Below are positions 1 to 14,708 of a DNA stretch of 64,000 nucleotides, piece after piece. The stretch lies in sequence record LC727695.1; one strand, 5' to 3'. The notes beneath the pieces are model-generated. The model saw nothing but the letters and a program-made list of their open reading frames with translations, was not told the DNA's origin and did no database searches. The position numbers and the translations under genes are program-made. Each line of letters starts with the position of its first letter. Positions within the stretch are counted from its first letter, which is position 1.

Positions 1-771
1 AATTTCGACTTCTTCTGTTTCAGTGATCTCTGTCTCAGGTTCATCATTGGAACTTTCATCAGCAGTTGTTTGCTCAGCACCGGCTTCTTCAGGAGTTACA
101 TCGTCATCAATACCAGGGACTGCTTCACTTACAACTTCACCAGCATCTAACACTTCATCTGGTAGTGTATCCATGGTTGATGAAACAGGTTCATCACCAG
201 CTGGAAGTTCCTCAGATAGTGGTGCAGGCGGTGGAGTTTCGTCACCAAGTGGGGTTTCTTCAGTGGGGGTTAATTCCACTGCTGTTTCACCAGGTGCTTC
301 TGCAACAGGTACTAGTTCAGTATCATCAGCCGCATCTTGTGCAGCTTCAATAATTTCAGTGGTTGAATCTAAAACCTCTTTACCGCCTTCAGAAATTGTA
401 CCGATTTCTTCAGCGATTTCAGCTTCAGCAACTTTAACTGCTTCTTCGCCTTCTTCGACACTAGTGGTAGCTAGCGGTTCAGGAATACTTTCCTCAACAA
501 CAGTTTCTTCTGGTACAACTTCTTCAACAATTACTGCTGACTTATCAGCAGCATGTGCTGTTTCTTCATGTTCTTCAGCAGAGATAATATCAGTATCTGT
601 TTTAACAGTTTCATTCTCAATAGTTGCAGATGCATCATTATCTTTCTTTAAATCTTGAACTAGTTCATGATCATCTTTAACAGATGTCTCGACTTTGGAT
701 ACATCCTGTTCCACAGCCGTACCATCTTGGTTCTCAAGGCTGGCTACATATTTGTGAATATTTACCATCAT
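1..771 (-). CDS. 5' part of inner-body/head protein (phiKZ gp97-like), runs off the window edge
   Basis: Manual translation from ATG at 771 gives MMVNIHKYVASLENQDG..., a very acidic propeptide-like sequence with no stop before position 1. It shares the N-terminal L/V-x-SLE motif of neighbouring paralogs. Absent from the ORF track because its stop lies outside the window. Confidence 0.8.
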   Translation of the reverse strand, partial: MMVNIHKYVASLENQDGTAVEQDVSKVETSVKDDHELVQDLKKDNDASATIENETVKTDTDIISAEEHEETAHAADKSAVIVEEVVPEETVVEESIPEPLATTSVEEGEEAVKVAEAEIAEEIGTISEGGKEVLDSTTEIIEAAQDAADDTELVPVAEAPGETAVELTPTEETPLGDETPPPAPLSEELPAGDEPVSSTMDTLPDEVLDAGEVVSEAVPGIDDDVTPEEAGAEQTTADESSNDEPETEITETEEVEI

Positions 772-870
772 GTTAATATACCTTCTGTACAGAGTTTATG
801 AGTTATGCTATTCGTCTTAGTCATAACTCCAAGCGACGAACGTTAACATTCAAAATATTGCGCTGGAATC

Positions 871-1986
871 TTACTTTAGATTTTCATCGCATACATTGAG
901 TATGGCAGTCAAATTACGACATGTTAATTTAAATAGGTCGTGATAAGGAATAGCCAACCAATCAACATATGTTTCTACCAATGAAACAAGTTCTTGTATT
1001 TCTCTATCAGGTCGCCCTTCATTACGAGCACGTGTTAGTTCATCTCTAAACCTGATTAATGCACCTTTAAGAGTCCTTAACCGTTCATTTCGACGAGTAC
1101 GCATTGATGCAGCATTTGCACGATTGATCTTATCAACTACCTTAACAACTCGATCAATAATACTTTCAGTAACTTGATGGTTGAAATGTTCAAATTCTAT
1201 TTCGACTGGTAGTGGTCTAGGGGTTTCTTCAGATGGAACTAACCGTGAAGAAATATCCCTACACTGATCATAAGCACTTGCATTCTTATCGGGATTATAG
1301 TTAATTACAATTTGATGATTACCTAGCAAATGCAATGATACAAATCGATTACCTTGATCGCGATAAACAGATGGTGTGGTTATTTTAGTTGGGGCACTAT
1401 TTAATAGTAGTTCTGCTAAAGCATCTGGACTAGCATTTGGATTCATATACGAAGGTATGATATTAGCTGGCCTTAGAATCACATTGTCTAATCCATTGAT
1501 ATACCCATCAACTACTGTCTCCAATACGCGTAAGTGAGATAACAAATTAGCACTATTGGTAATAGGTTTATATCTAACACTTAAGTTCTGAATACGAGTT
1601 GTAATTAGAAATGTAGGATTCTTATTTTTACGAGTTCTAGCACGACTGTTAACTCGTAAGTTTTCTGCTCGAATTGCAACATATTCAGCAGTAGCTGCTA
1701 GCACTACTCCACTATCCATCAGTTTCTCAATAGTGGTAACAAATAGTTTTATAACTCGATCAATAACATGTTTAATAGTATCACTAATATCTTCAGTAGA
1801 TACAACATCCTCTAATTCTTTGATAACCCCTTGGATCTGATTATAATCTTCCATACCGCCTAATAGATCCATCACTCGCCTAGCTAACGCTTCATCGCCT
1901 GATAATAAATCTGCAAGTCTTTTAGGTTCATCAAGATCAATAATCATTTCATCTGGAGTATCTTTATAAATATCAATTAATTCCAT
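871..1986 (-). CDS. Head/inner-body family protein (gp96-like)
   Basis: 371 aa, VSTE|DIS maturation-type motif followed by an amphipathic helix as in neighbours; synteny. Confidence 0.65.
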   Translation of the reverse strand: MELIDIYKDTPDEMIIDLDEPKRLADLLSGDEALARRVMDLLGGMEDYNQIQGVIKELEDVVSTEDISDTIKHVIDRVIKLFVTTIEKLMDSGVVLAATAEYVAIRAENLRVNSRARTRKNKNPTFLITTRIQNLSVRYKPITNSANLLSHLRVLETVVDGYINGLDNVILRPANIIPSYMNPNASPDALAELLLNSAPTKITTPSVYRDQGNRFVSLHLLGNHQIVINYNPDKNASAYDQCRDISSRLVPSEETPRPLPVEIEFEHFNHQVTESIIDRVVKVVDKINRANAASMRTRRNERLRTLKGALIRFRDELTRARNEGRPDREIQELVSLVETYVDWLAIPYHDLFKLTCRNLTAILNVCDENLK

Positions 1987-1998
1987 TGCTAACTCCTA

Positions 1999-2035
1999 AC
2001 ATAAGACGGGACTCTTCCGAGCCCCGTCGATATGT
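1999..2035. terminator. GC-rich stem-loop
   Basis: GACGGGACTC-TTCC-GAGCCCCGTC with ACATA/TATGT flanks, intergenic. Confidence 0.65.
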
Positions 2036-2047
2036 CGTCACTTATCA

Positions 2048-3691
2048 TTATTCTGCTTGGAATTTAGTGTTAATTACACTATTATAAAGTCCAGTTGCAG
2101 TATTTGCGTAACGCATTGCTTCACGAATAATGGAGTCATGTTTAGGTGCACTATCTGTAATAATAGATGCTACCTTACGTGATACTTCTTCGATCTGTTC
2201 TTTAGAAACATCGTCGATTTTATCACTCTCTAGTTTCCGTGAAAGTTGATCAACATCATCTTCAAGTTGCTTAATGGCTTTAACAATATTCCGACCGCCA
2301 GTGATAACATCAGCTGCATCATCAACCAGATTACGTAGAGCTACCGCTTCTTTCTTAGCTTGACTCTTATCAAAGTTCTTTAAAGTCACTTCAGTGCCAG
2401 GTTCTGCGGCTGTCTCATCATCCGTTAGATATACTTGAGTAGCAGTCGTAGTTACAAGCTTATTACCCGGTAAAGTGTTAGATGTACTAGCGTAGTGTTT
2501 GAGAGGTCCATCTTGAAGTTTGTCCATCTTCTCAACTAGTTCACTAGCATCATTACGCTCTGGATCCCAAGCTTTAAGCACAGTACCAATATTCGTTAGG
2601 TAGGTAGCATAGTCTTTTGCATATACAGATGCCATCCATTTAACGATAGGGCCATATCCAACGTTAGCTGAAGGCTGAATGAATTTACCATTAGCAAATA
2701 CGGGTCCACCATTTTTAACAGGAACCGTTAATTCACTGGGTATATTTTCAAACTTAGCATTTTGGATAGCTAAAATGAGTTCATCAACTTTTACACTCAC
2801 ACGCGGTACACTATTCTTAAGACTATCCCATACGTGGCTAATAATTTCACGTAGTTTAGCAATAGCTTTCTTGATATAAGCAAGCGCCTTACGACTTAAC
2901 TCTTTAATATCCTCAGTTGAAATCTTAACTGGATATAAATGACTTTTACCACCAGTCGTATAGTTTTCTAATGAGCTAGTTAAAGTATTATCACCAAGTA
3001 CATGACGATGTGGTAAGAGTGCAGAATGAATAAATGCAGCTGTACTTTGACTGATACCATTAATACCAGCTTGTCGAACAAGAGCTTTAATCGACTCTAG
3101 GGCATATGCGGTATTTAGACCTTGATTAATATCTTGCACTGCTGTAGTAACTACTTGTGCATTACCAATGTCCATGAAATCAGTAGGTTTATCCATATCC
3201 ACTGCAACAGCGATCTGTGGCACCACGCCATTATGCGCTAGTGGAATAGAACTATCTTTGGCAGCCTGATCAGCGATTTGCTGAGTTACTGTTTCACCAC
3301 CTTGTGGTTCCTCTCCTTCGGCACCTGCTGGAATAACTGTTTCAACAGCAATATTAGGTTGTTCAGGAATAGGGGGTACTTCTGTTACTACATCTGTTTC
3401 AACTACGGTAACTGGTACAGCTGGTTGTTCAACTAGAGTAGCAGCTGGAGTCTCAACAATAACGCCATTATTAGGAGTATTAACAATAGTGGTATCTGCA
3501 TCCACTGGTGCAGTTGGTGTTACACCAACATTATTGTCAGTCACATCTTGAATAGTATTTTCAGGTACAGCGTCTTCAGAAATACAATCGCCACTAGTCA
3601 TGGCTGCTACTTTATCAACTGCTGTTTCAGGAATAGGTACCTCAGTATAGTCTTCTAGACTATCTAGATACTCATTGAGTTTAAATGTCAT
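2048..3691 (-). CDS. Inner-body protein, phiKZ internal head protein family (gp95-like)
   Basis: 547 aa, acidic propeptide, AGINGISQSTAAFIH motif, ISTE|DIKEL site. Confidence 0.8.
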   Translation of the reverse strand: MTFKLNEYLDSLEDYTEVPIPETAVDKVAAMTSGDCISEDAVPENTIQDVTDNNVGVTPTAPVDADTTIVNTPNNGVIVETPAATLVEQPAVPVTVVETDVVTEVPPIPEQPNIAVETVIPAGAEGEEPQGGETVTQQIADQAAKDSSIPLAHNGVVPQIAVAVDMDKPTDFMDIGNAQVVTTAVQDINQGLNTAYALESIKALVRQAGINGISQSTAAFIHSALLPHRHVLGDNTLTSSLENYTTGGKSHLYPVKISTEDIKELSRKALAYIKKAIAKLREIISHVWDSLKNSVPRVSVKVDELILAIQNAKFENIPSELTVPVKNGGPVFANGKFIQPSANVGYGPIVKWMASVYAKDYATYLTNIGTVLKAWDPERNDASELVEKMDKLQDGPLKHYASTSNTLPGNKLVTTTATQVYLTDDETAAEPGTEVTLKNFDKSQAKKEAVALRNLVDDAADVITGGRNIVKAIKQLEDDVDQLSRKLESDKIDDVSKEQIEEVSRKVASIITDSAPKHDSIIREAMRYANTATGLYNSVINTKFQAE

Positions 3692-3778
3692 GTTATTTCC
3701 TCAAGGAATTTCTTTGCGCGCGTTTAACAATAAACCATAGAATTAGGTACTTAGATAAAAATGAACACTTAGATATAT

Positions 3779-5296
3779 TTATTGGCCATATCTTTCTAAT
3801 TCCATATTACAAACAGCATTTCGTTGCTTTGCAATACGTAATAGGTAACTAATTAGTGTTGCGTATTCTGGTGACATATCGGTAATAAAGCCATTAACTA
3901 AAGATATAATCTCATTTGCATCATCACGAGCACCTTTCCAAATAGCTTTAGACCTACGTAGCTCCATGTCCTCAATGCCCTGTGCAACCTTCTTCAGTTG
4001 TTCAAGGACATCTTTTTCAGCTTTAAATAGATCACCTAAACGACGAATAGCTTCTTTATTAACTTCTAATGTTTTACGCACTTCAACAGGCGGCCTTGGC
4101 TCGATCGTGATTGTATCTGGACCATCACCATGTTTATCTTCACCAAGTCGTGGAGCATATTTATCTTTCTGGAATATAAGTTTACTATTACCAGGTAGAG
4201 AAGTATCTTTTACTTTATCTAACTGATTAGCTTCACCAATAAATTCAAAAGCCTCTTTAAACTTATCTAGTTCATTATCTTCTAAGTCGTAGTCTTTAAT
4301 TAATTTAACTACTTTATCAATGTTTGATCTAGCTATATTTGGCCATTCTTTAGCTAGAAATTGACTAACTTTTGTTTCATTAGTTAAATCGTCTAAAACA
4401 AATTCATCACCAATGAATAACATTTTAGGATTGTCAATTTTAATTGACATATCAAAATCAGGTGTTACCCTTTCATTTGATACAGTTGGCTTATTGATTA
4501 AACTTTTCGCTTTTTCAATTAACTCATCAGTTTTATCTTCAACTGATTTGATTCCAGTTAGTACACGCTGTGCCGCTACTTTAGCTTGTTCAATAACATG
4601 GACTATTAAAGCAAGTATCTTTTTACCTATACTTTCAATACGTTCTTTTATTTCTTCTTGAGAAATATTTACAAAACGCATAGCGCTGCTAGGGGTTGCA
4701 TTAAAATCTTCAATACTAATCTTTTCAAAGCCGATAAGCTTATCAATTGATTCTAATGTAACGTGCATAAAAGCAGCTGATTGTTTAGTAATACCTCTAT
4801 CACCAGCGGTATTTAATAAATCTATAAAACATTCTAAACTAGTACGCGCATGCAGTAATTGATTTAGCTGATATGTCATGTTTTGAGATGGAGGTGTATC
4901 ATACGCAAAGATATTTAAATGATCATCATCACTATCTAAATCTTTACCATCCACTGGTGTAGGTCTATTATCAGGACTTTCTCGGGTATCATGGGGTGAT
5001 GCTGGATATTCTTCTGATGCGACGTATGTTTTACCAAATGAATCAACTTCAGTAACTAAACCACGATCTGATTTCCAATGGATATTAGGTTTATGTGCTT
5101 CTTCAACATCTAACCCATTATTAGTTGCTTTTACATCATTTGGTAATTCATCAATTAATTTGGCAGCTTCTTCTGGTTCTTTAGATATTTGCTTGTCGTC
5201 TGTAGCAGCGTGCTTTAGTTTGGCTTTCGCGACTTTTTCTTTTACTTCGACAACACCATAACCTTCTAAACTATCAAGTAACTTATTTAAGTTCAT
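3779..5296 (-). CDS. Internal head protein family (gp94-like)
   Basis: 505 aa, MNLNKLLDSLE start, AGDRGITKQSAAFMH motif, ISQE|EIKERI site. Confidence 0.8.
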   Translation of the reverse strand: MNLNKLLDSLEGYGVVEVKEKVAKAKLKHAATDDKQISKEPEEAAKLIDELPNDVKATNNGLDVEEAHKPNIHWKSDRGLVTEVDSFGKTYVASEEYPASPHDTRESPDNRPTPVDGKDLDSDDDHLNIFAYDTPPSQNMTYQLNQLLHARTSLECFIDLLNTAGDRGITKQSAAFMHVTLESIDKLIGFEKISIEDFNATPSSAMRFVNISQEEIKERIESIGKKILALIVHVIEQAKVAAQRVLTGIKSVEDKTDELIEKAKSLINKPTVSNERVTPDFDMSIKIDNPKMLFIGDEFVLDDLTNETKVSQFLAKEWPNIARSNIDKVVKLIKDYDLEDNELDKFKEAFEFIGEANQLDKVKDTSLPGNSKLIFQKDKYAPRLGEDKHGDGPDTITIEPRPPVEVRKTLEVNKEAIRRLGDLFKAEKDVLEQLKKVAQGIEDMELRRSKAIWKGARDDANEIISLVNGFITDMSPEYATLISYLLRIAKQRNAVCNMELERYGQ

Positions 5297-5327
5297 TTAC
5301 AATTCCTCAAGAATACTTAATTACATA

Positions 5328-5362
5328 GCATAAGAGGAACCCCGAAGGGTTCCTCATTATGT
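5328..5362. terminator. GC-rich stem-loop
   Basis: GAGGAACCC/GGGTTCCTC stem with CATAA/TTATG flanks. Confidence 0.7.
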
Positions 5363-5365
5363 TTG

Positions 5366-6673
5366 TTACTTCTCATCATTCTCAGGTGCTTTAGAAGTTT
5401 CTTTGCCGTACGCAGCTAATTCATGTTTAACAATAAATGTATACTGCGCAGCGATGCATTTAGCAATATAGTTAACTAGTGCACTATTATCAATACCACC
5501 AATATTCAGTGCATCACGCGCTGTTTCTTTTGACATGCCTGCTTCGTCAGGATTCCAATCAGCTAGGGCCTTTTCAAGATTCTCAGCAATCTTGTAATCA
5601 ATCTTATTAAAGTCCTGTAGTTTAATAACAAGACCTTTAAGAATATTAAGATGTGCTAAGATTTTACTCGGTGCACGGACATCAACTTCAACTTCATGTA
5701 GATCCGTTTCCCCATCACCCTCAACAACTTCCCACTTATTCACACCTGACTTAGAAGAAGTAACTTCTAACTTAACATTACCAGGAGCTTTCTCAACGGC
5801 TTTATTAATATCTTCAGCCATCTTAGCTTGTAAATCACTGGTGACTTGATCAATATCAATAGACTTGTCACCTTTGAGATAACGTACTCCAAGTTCGCCA
5901 TATTTCCTAAGAGCAGATACATACTGAGTTGAGAATACAGTCATGAAGTCTGCAATAGTCTTCGGATTATTTGCAATAAAGCCACTACTAGATACCATAT
6001 ACTCAGAAGGAGTGAACTTAATCTCTTCTTTCTTTAGATCACCGGCTTTGAGTGATTTAATAGCATCAATAGTTTTAGTAATACGCATATCGAGTGCAAT
6101 CAGCTTAGGATTAAAATCTTTAATCTTCTGCTTTATCATTGCAACAATTTTCTTGATAATCTCTAAAGCTTTCTTACCTGCTTCTTTTAGTTTCTCTTTG
6201 AGATCCTCAAGAGAGATAACAGCTGCTTTCTGAATAGCGCTGCGTGGAGAAGCATCGTAATTCTCAAGCGCGGCAGTGAGTCCAGATTTTTCAATACCTA
6301 GGATACGATCGATTGATTCCATGCCAACATGCATGAAGGCAGCTGCTTGTCGAGAGATACCATCTTCACCAGCTTGAAGTAAAAGACCTTGGAACTTTTC
6401 AAGTGCTTCTTTAGCATCTTCAATTAGCCCTAATTCATCTTCAGCTTGAACAATAGTTACTTCAGTATCTAATGCAGTTGGTTGAATAGCATCATCTGCA
6501 TCAAGAACTTCTTCTACGGGATTATTTTCAATCTGATCTACTTCTGCTAAAACGGATGATACATCAGCAGAAGTTTTATTTTCAACGACTAATTCAACAT
6601 CACCATGAATCGTAGTGCCTTGATCTTCAATTGATTCAAGTGATAGTTTGTCTAGCATTTTAAGTAGAGACAT
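5366..6673 (-). CDS. Inner-body protein (gp93-like)
   Basis: 435 aa, AGEDGISRQAAAFMH motif, ISLE|DLKEKL site. Confidence 0.8.
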   Translation of the reverse strand: MSLLKMLDKLSLESIEDQGTTIHGDVELVVENKTSADVSSVLAEVDQIENNPVEEVLDADDAIQPTALDTEVTIVQAEDELGLIEDAKEALEKFQGLLLQAGEDGISRQAAAFMHVGMESIDRILGIEKSGLTAALENYDASPRSAIQKAAVISLEDLKEKLKEAGKKALEIIKKIVAMIKQKIKDFNPKLIALDMRITKTIDAIKSLKAGDLKKEEIKFTPSEYMVSSSGFIANNPKTIADFMTVFSTQYVSALRKYGELGVRYLKGDKSIDIDQVTSDLQAKMAEDINKAVEKAPGNVKLEVTSSKSGVNKWEVVEGDGETDLHEVEVDVRAPSKILAHLNILKGLVIKLQDFNKIDYKIAENLEKALADWNPDEAGMSKETARDALNIGGIDNSALVNYIAKCIAAQYTFIVKHELAAYGKETSKAPENDEK

Positions 6674-6678
6674 GTTAA

Positions 6679-8001
6679 TTACCTTACCTGGGAGGGATTA
6701 TTTACTTGTTCTTGCGTAGGTCTTTGAATTGGACGCTGGTAAGCTTTTAATTCTAACTCGGTCACGAATACTAGTCGACCCATTACTCTGACTAAACCAG
6801 CAAGAGCATTACTAAAATCTGTTACAACGCGACTTACATTATTGATCATTAATGTAATTGAATTAATGATATTTGAGATAGCAGGGATGCCATCAGGTGC
6901 ATCAGGATCTTGAACTTTTGCTTGACGATTTCGCATATTAGATTGTTGTGCCCGAATCCTACCAGCTTGTTGACGATTAGTCTCGGCTAACTGCATTAAC
7001 CTACCAAATTCAAAATCTAGTTTAGTTGCATAATCTTTTCTAGCATCTATACGTTTAGCCATTTCGCTTAATAATACTAACCGTCTTCCAATTGAACTCG
7101 TATCATTAACCTTAAAGGTATTGTTACCTTCAGGTGCATCCTTCATAGTAGGAATAGTATAAAACTTAAAGGCAAAATCACGGACAGTATTTACTAAAAA
7201 ATCCCAATCCCTGATCTCTTCAGTCTGTGTTTCAGTTGGCCCTGCGCCAAATAAAGTCTTATTACCTTGAACTGGCATACTACGATAAACTGTAGAACTT
7301 ACTCTAAATCTATCATCTTTCTTAATAGGTACTGCACCCTTCATCCAGTTCTTAACATTAAACTTACTAAAGTCTTGTGCAGCTCTATCAGTCCATTTTT
7401 CATCAAATGATAATTTCCTAAGGATATCCGCTACAGATTGGATATACAAGAGTAGGGATTTATCATAGAAAGCTATCAAGTTGTTAACTTGCATGAGTAT
7501 CGGATCAACTGTAGTCGGTTCGAATTTACCATCAATACTAAATCGTTTAGTATTTTTAAATTTTAATTCTTGCTTAAATGGCTCATGCTTAATATTTTCA
7601 GCTCTTTCTAAAAGCATGTTTATTCGTTCAAGAGTACGTTGATTACCTTGTGTAATAACACGTGCATACTCTTTTAACTCATCTCGATGCTTTGCTTGGG
7701 ATTTTTTCATTTCATCCCAGGTATTTCGTGCTGTCTTAGATAGGTCTTCTAATGACACATTCTCAGTTTTTAGAATGTGTTCACTAACAACATCTTGGTT
7801 ATCTGCATATTTTTGAAATAAGCCATCGGTATAGGTTTTAACTAAAATGTCTTTTTCAGTGCATTCTAATCTACTTTGAATATCTTCAATTGATGGCAAT
7901 AATTCTTTTAGATATCCATCGCATGTAGCGATCATATCGACGGGGCTGTCCCCGTCGATTGATTCAAGTAAGACCGAATGACTAAGTGAATTATTAGTCA
8001 T
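6679..8001 (-). CDS. Internal head protein (gp92-like)
   Basis: 440 aa, VSLE|DLSKT site, C-terminal helical region like paralogs; synteny. Confidence 0.7.
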   Translation of the reverse strand: MTNNSLSHSVLLESIDGDSPVDMIATCDGYLKELLPSIEDIQSRLECTEKDILVKTYTDGLFQKYADNQDVVSEHILKTENVSLEDLSKTARNTWDEMKKSQAKHRDELKEYARVITQGNQRTLERINMLLERAENIKHEPFKQELKFKNTKRFSIDGKFEPTTVDPILMQVNNLIAFYDKSLLLYIQSVADILRKLSFDEKWTDRAAQDFSKFNVKNWMKGAVPIKKDDRFRVSSTVYRSMPVQGNKTLFGAGPTETQTEEIRDWDFLVNTVRDFAFKFYTIPTMKDAPEGNNTFKVNDTSSIGRRLVLLSEMAKRIDARKDYATKLDFEFGRLMQLAETNRQQAGRIRAQQSNMRNRQAKVQDPDAPDGIPAISNIINSITLMINNVSRVVTDFSNALAGLVRVMGRLVFVTELELKAYQRPIQRPTQEQVNNPSQVR

Positions 8002-8010
8002 AGATAGTCC

Positions 8011-8556
8011 TCAGTCCTTATCTATTACTTCTACAGATCCAAATAGTAGATGTAGGGTATACATTAGATCATTCATACCGTTTTTGTGTTTAACCCAATT
8101 CTGGATCATTGAAACAGTATCTAGATCTAATTTTAACTCATTAAAGAGAGTAGCAATTTCAGCGCGCGGTTCAATGAGTTGTGCACCAGCATCTGGTTCA
8201 GTAGCTAGTAACATTGGCCATTGGGTAATTGAAATACGTCGATGACCCGTAGCAATGTATCGAACAGTATCTAATAGGAATTGATAATTATAACTATCAA
8301 TATTACTATTATTGTCCTGTAGAATAAACCAATTATAGTTTCCGCTAAAAAGACGAATAGCACAAGCTAGAACTTTCTTATGGAATTCCCAATATGCAGT
8401 TTGTGCAGGAAAGTTGGTAAAGATAAGATATAGTTCTTCAACTTGAGGATCACCGGGACGAGCAGTGAACCGTGAAATGGCCTGTTGTTGACCACCTGAG
8501 TAATTACGACCAAATGGGCGTACAGCATTAGTTGCTGGCATATCAATGCCCTCCAT
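8011..8556 (-). CDS. Conserved hypothetical/virion protein (gp91-like)
   Basis: 181 aa ORF; GGAGG spacing favours the ATG at 8541 (MPATNAV). Confidence 0.6.
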   Translation of the reverse strand: MEGIDMPATNAVRPFGRNYSGGQQQAISRFTARPGDPQVEELYLIFTNFPAQTAYWEFHKKVLACAIRLFSGNYNWFILQDNNSNIDSYNYQFLLDTVRYIATGHRRISITQWPMLLATEPDAGAQLIEPRAEIATLFNELKLDLDTVSMIQNWVKHKNGMNDLMYTLHLLFGSVEVIDKD

Positions 8557-9488
8557 TAGTGACCAAGAGATAGTAGATCACGATGGTTAGCAAAGAACTC
8601 AGATGCGCGATCTTGGATCATACCTAGGCGATAGTTATAATCAGAGATACGAATTTCATACTCTTTAATAAGCTTCTGTAGGCGTGCATCCACTTTACCA
8701 TTACTTTGCATTTCCCGCATTTCTTGTAAACGTAGTTGAAGTGCAAGGAATTCTTGCTCAGCTTCTTTAAAACGTTCAACCTGATACTCAGCTAAGAACT
8801 TGCCAAATAGCACGAACGGGTTCTGACGAGGTGAGAAGCCATCCATGTTAAGTGGATCACGTTGAGCTATAGAGAGAGCACTCACAGCTACATCATAAGT
8901 ACCTTCATTGACTTCAGCACTAGATGCACGACTTAAGCGTTGTTTCAGTTCATTAGTCTTAAGACTCATTGCTGGATACAGAGTAATGAATTGCGCCATA
9001 TTAGTGTATAGCCATTCTTTCTCAGCACGAGATGATTTTAATTCTGTAGCCTTACCTAATTTCATTGCTTCTTGTGCAATTAGATTTAGTAGTAGTTTAC
9101 GGCCATAACGAATATAGAAACTAAGACCATCAACAAAACGTAACATGTTTGCACGGTCAAAGGTTAGATTAGAGTTAGTAAACTGAATAGCAAATAAACG
9201 CCGGATTTCGCTTTCGATCATATCAAAGCTACCACGAATATTTGAAAGAGTATCCAGTACTAGTTTAATCGGTTCAGTATTAAAACTAATCGCTCGCCGT
9301 AGTTCAGTAGATAACCGCATACCTAAATCTGATTTAAGTTGCATATTACCAAATACTTCACCTACATCGTCAATAATTGGTGCGAGAGTTGCATCATATT
9401 CTTCACGTAATGAACGGATTTGATTTAATAGTTCACGACGTTCAGTAACTGGTGCGAGTTCACGTACATAATCAATAATTCTCATCAC
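8556..9488 (-). CDS. Major inner-body/head protein (gp90-like)
   Basis: 310 aa helical protein with C-terminal coiled coil; synteny and size. Confidence 0.7.
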   Translation of the reverse strand: MMRIIDYVRELAPVTERRELLNQIRSLREEYDATLAPIIDDVGEVFGNMQLKSDLGMRLSTELRRAISFNTEPIKLVLDTLSNIRGSFDMIESEIRRLFAIQFTNSNLTFDRANMLRFVDGLSFYIRYGRKLLLNLIAQEAMKLGKATELKSSRAEKEWLYTNMAQFITLYPAMSLKTNELKQRLSRASSAEVNEGTYDVAVSALSIAQRDPLNMDGFSPRQNPFVLFGKFLAEYQVERFKEAEQEFLALQLRLQEMREMQSNGKVDARLQKLIKEYEIRISDYNYRLGMIQDRASEFFANHRDLLSLGH

Positions 9489-9495
9489 TCAGTCC

Positions 9496-10659
9496 TTAAA
9501 TATTGGTAGACATGGTTTTATTCATCATTTTAAAGATCTCAGTGATATCCGGACCTTTATTCTTTTCAGCCATTTTAATTTCATCAAGTCGGTGAGATGT
9601 AGATAGATCAACCCCACGATGATAAATAGTTACTCGCTCATAACGGTCATCAATAACAACAAGCATCATTAGATAGCTATTGTCAAAGATCTTTTGCCGA
9701 GTGGCGAAATCATCAATACGACCATAAAGAGAATTAGAAGCAGCTTTAAGAGTTGAAGTTGATACAATCGCGATATTTGATGCATCTGCTAATGAAACCG
9801 TACCACTGCGAACTGATTGTTTCCAGTTGTTACGGCGACGATCGGTGATTTGTTTATAAACACCTGATTTATCATTCATTAGAATGCGATAATGTTCATC
9901 GATCATATCTTGACCTAGAACGAAGTCACGCCAGAATTTAATTTGACCAGTTTTTACTAGAAATAGGCGATGTAGCCAAGTATCTCGTCCACCAGCACTA
10001 AAGATGTGCGCAATAATCTGAGGACTAACAGCGGCTGGAATTAAACGGATCATAACAGGAATTTTAGCTTTCTGCTTTCCTGATTTAACATCAACGTTAA
10101 CCAGCTTACCAACGGCAAGGTTTTCAACTTCATAAATCTTTTGTGTATCACCACTAGAAATACTTTGTGCACTTGTACTTTCGTCATTCGCTTCCATTGA
10201 AGCTACCCAACGCTCATGTGAGTGTTCAGCGACGATATTTGGTAAATGCACAGGCTTCTCAAAAGACTCTAATGAAGGAAGACCATCAGAATACTCTTCG
10301 GCAGAGAATACACTAGTGCGAGTTACACCTGTACGGTTAGGATTAATAGTATCGAATACTTTTAAAGTATCAATCTTATCCACACCTAGAAGCATATTAA
10401 CAGCTTGTAGATAATAACCAGTAAAAGACGATGAAACAAATTTCATAACGTCTTTCATGTAAGGTTGATCAACTAAGGTTTGGTCTACGATGACCAATGG
10501 TTCAACACGAGTTGGACGTGCTAGATCGGTTAGAGAAGAAATCTCTACACCATTTTTAGTGGCTTGTAGGACAGTCTGCATTAGACCACGTACACCTTGA
10601 TCAGCAGCAACAGTCATCAGAGCAGAACTTACTGCTCCGGCGATTACAGGTAATGGCAT
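9496..10659 (-). CDS. Inner-body/head protein (gp89-like)
   Basis: 387 aa, ASME|AND S-x-E motif; synteny and size. Confidence 0.7.
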   Translation of the reverse strand: MPLPVIAGAVSSALMTVAADQGVRGLMQTVLQATKNGVEISSLTDLARPTRVEPLVIVDQTLVDQPYMKDVMKFVSSSFTGYYLQAVNMLLGVDKIDTLKVFDTINPNRTGVTRTSVFSAEEYSDGLPSLESFEKPVHLPNIVAEHSHERWVASMEANDESTSAQSISSGDTQKIYEVENLAVGKLVNVDVKSGKQKAKIPVMIRLIPAAVSPQIIAHIFSAGGRDTWLHRLFLVKTGQIKFWRDFVLGQDMIDEHYRILMNDKSGVYKQITDRRRNNWKQSVRSGTVSLADASNIAIVSTSTLKAASNSLYGRIDDFATRQKIFDNSYLMMLVVIDDRYERVTIYHRGVDLSTSHRLDEIKMAEKNKGPDITEIFKMMNKTMSTNI

Positions 10660-10695
10660 TTTTCTCTTCCTATATGGGTTTGCAGAGAGTTATAA

Positions 10696-14667
<3,972 letters not shown>

Positions 14668-14670
14668 GGT

Positions 14671-14702
14671 CATAAGCCCTCCCCTAGGGGAGGGCATTAT
14701 GT
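14671..14702. terminator. Bidirectional terminator between convergent genes
   Basis: GCCCTCCCC-TA-GGGGAGGGC with CATAA/TTATG flanks. Confidence 0.8.
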
Positions 14703-14708
14703 TGTATT

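Noticed and set aside
23-658. 211-aa Ser-rich plus-strand ORF (and nested 66-353)
   Set aside because: Antisense shadow of the acidic gp97-like gene on the minus strand; Ser/Thr richness is the complement of Glu/Thr codons
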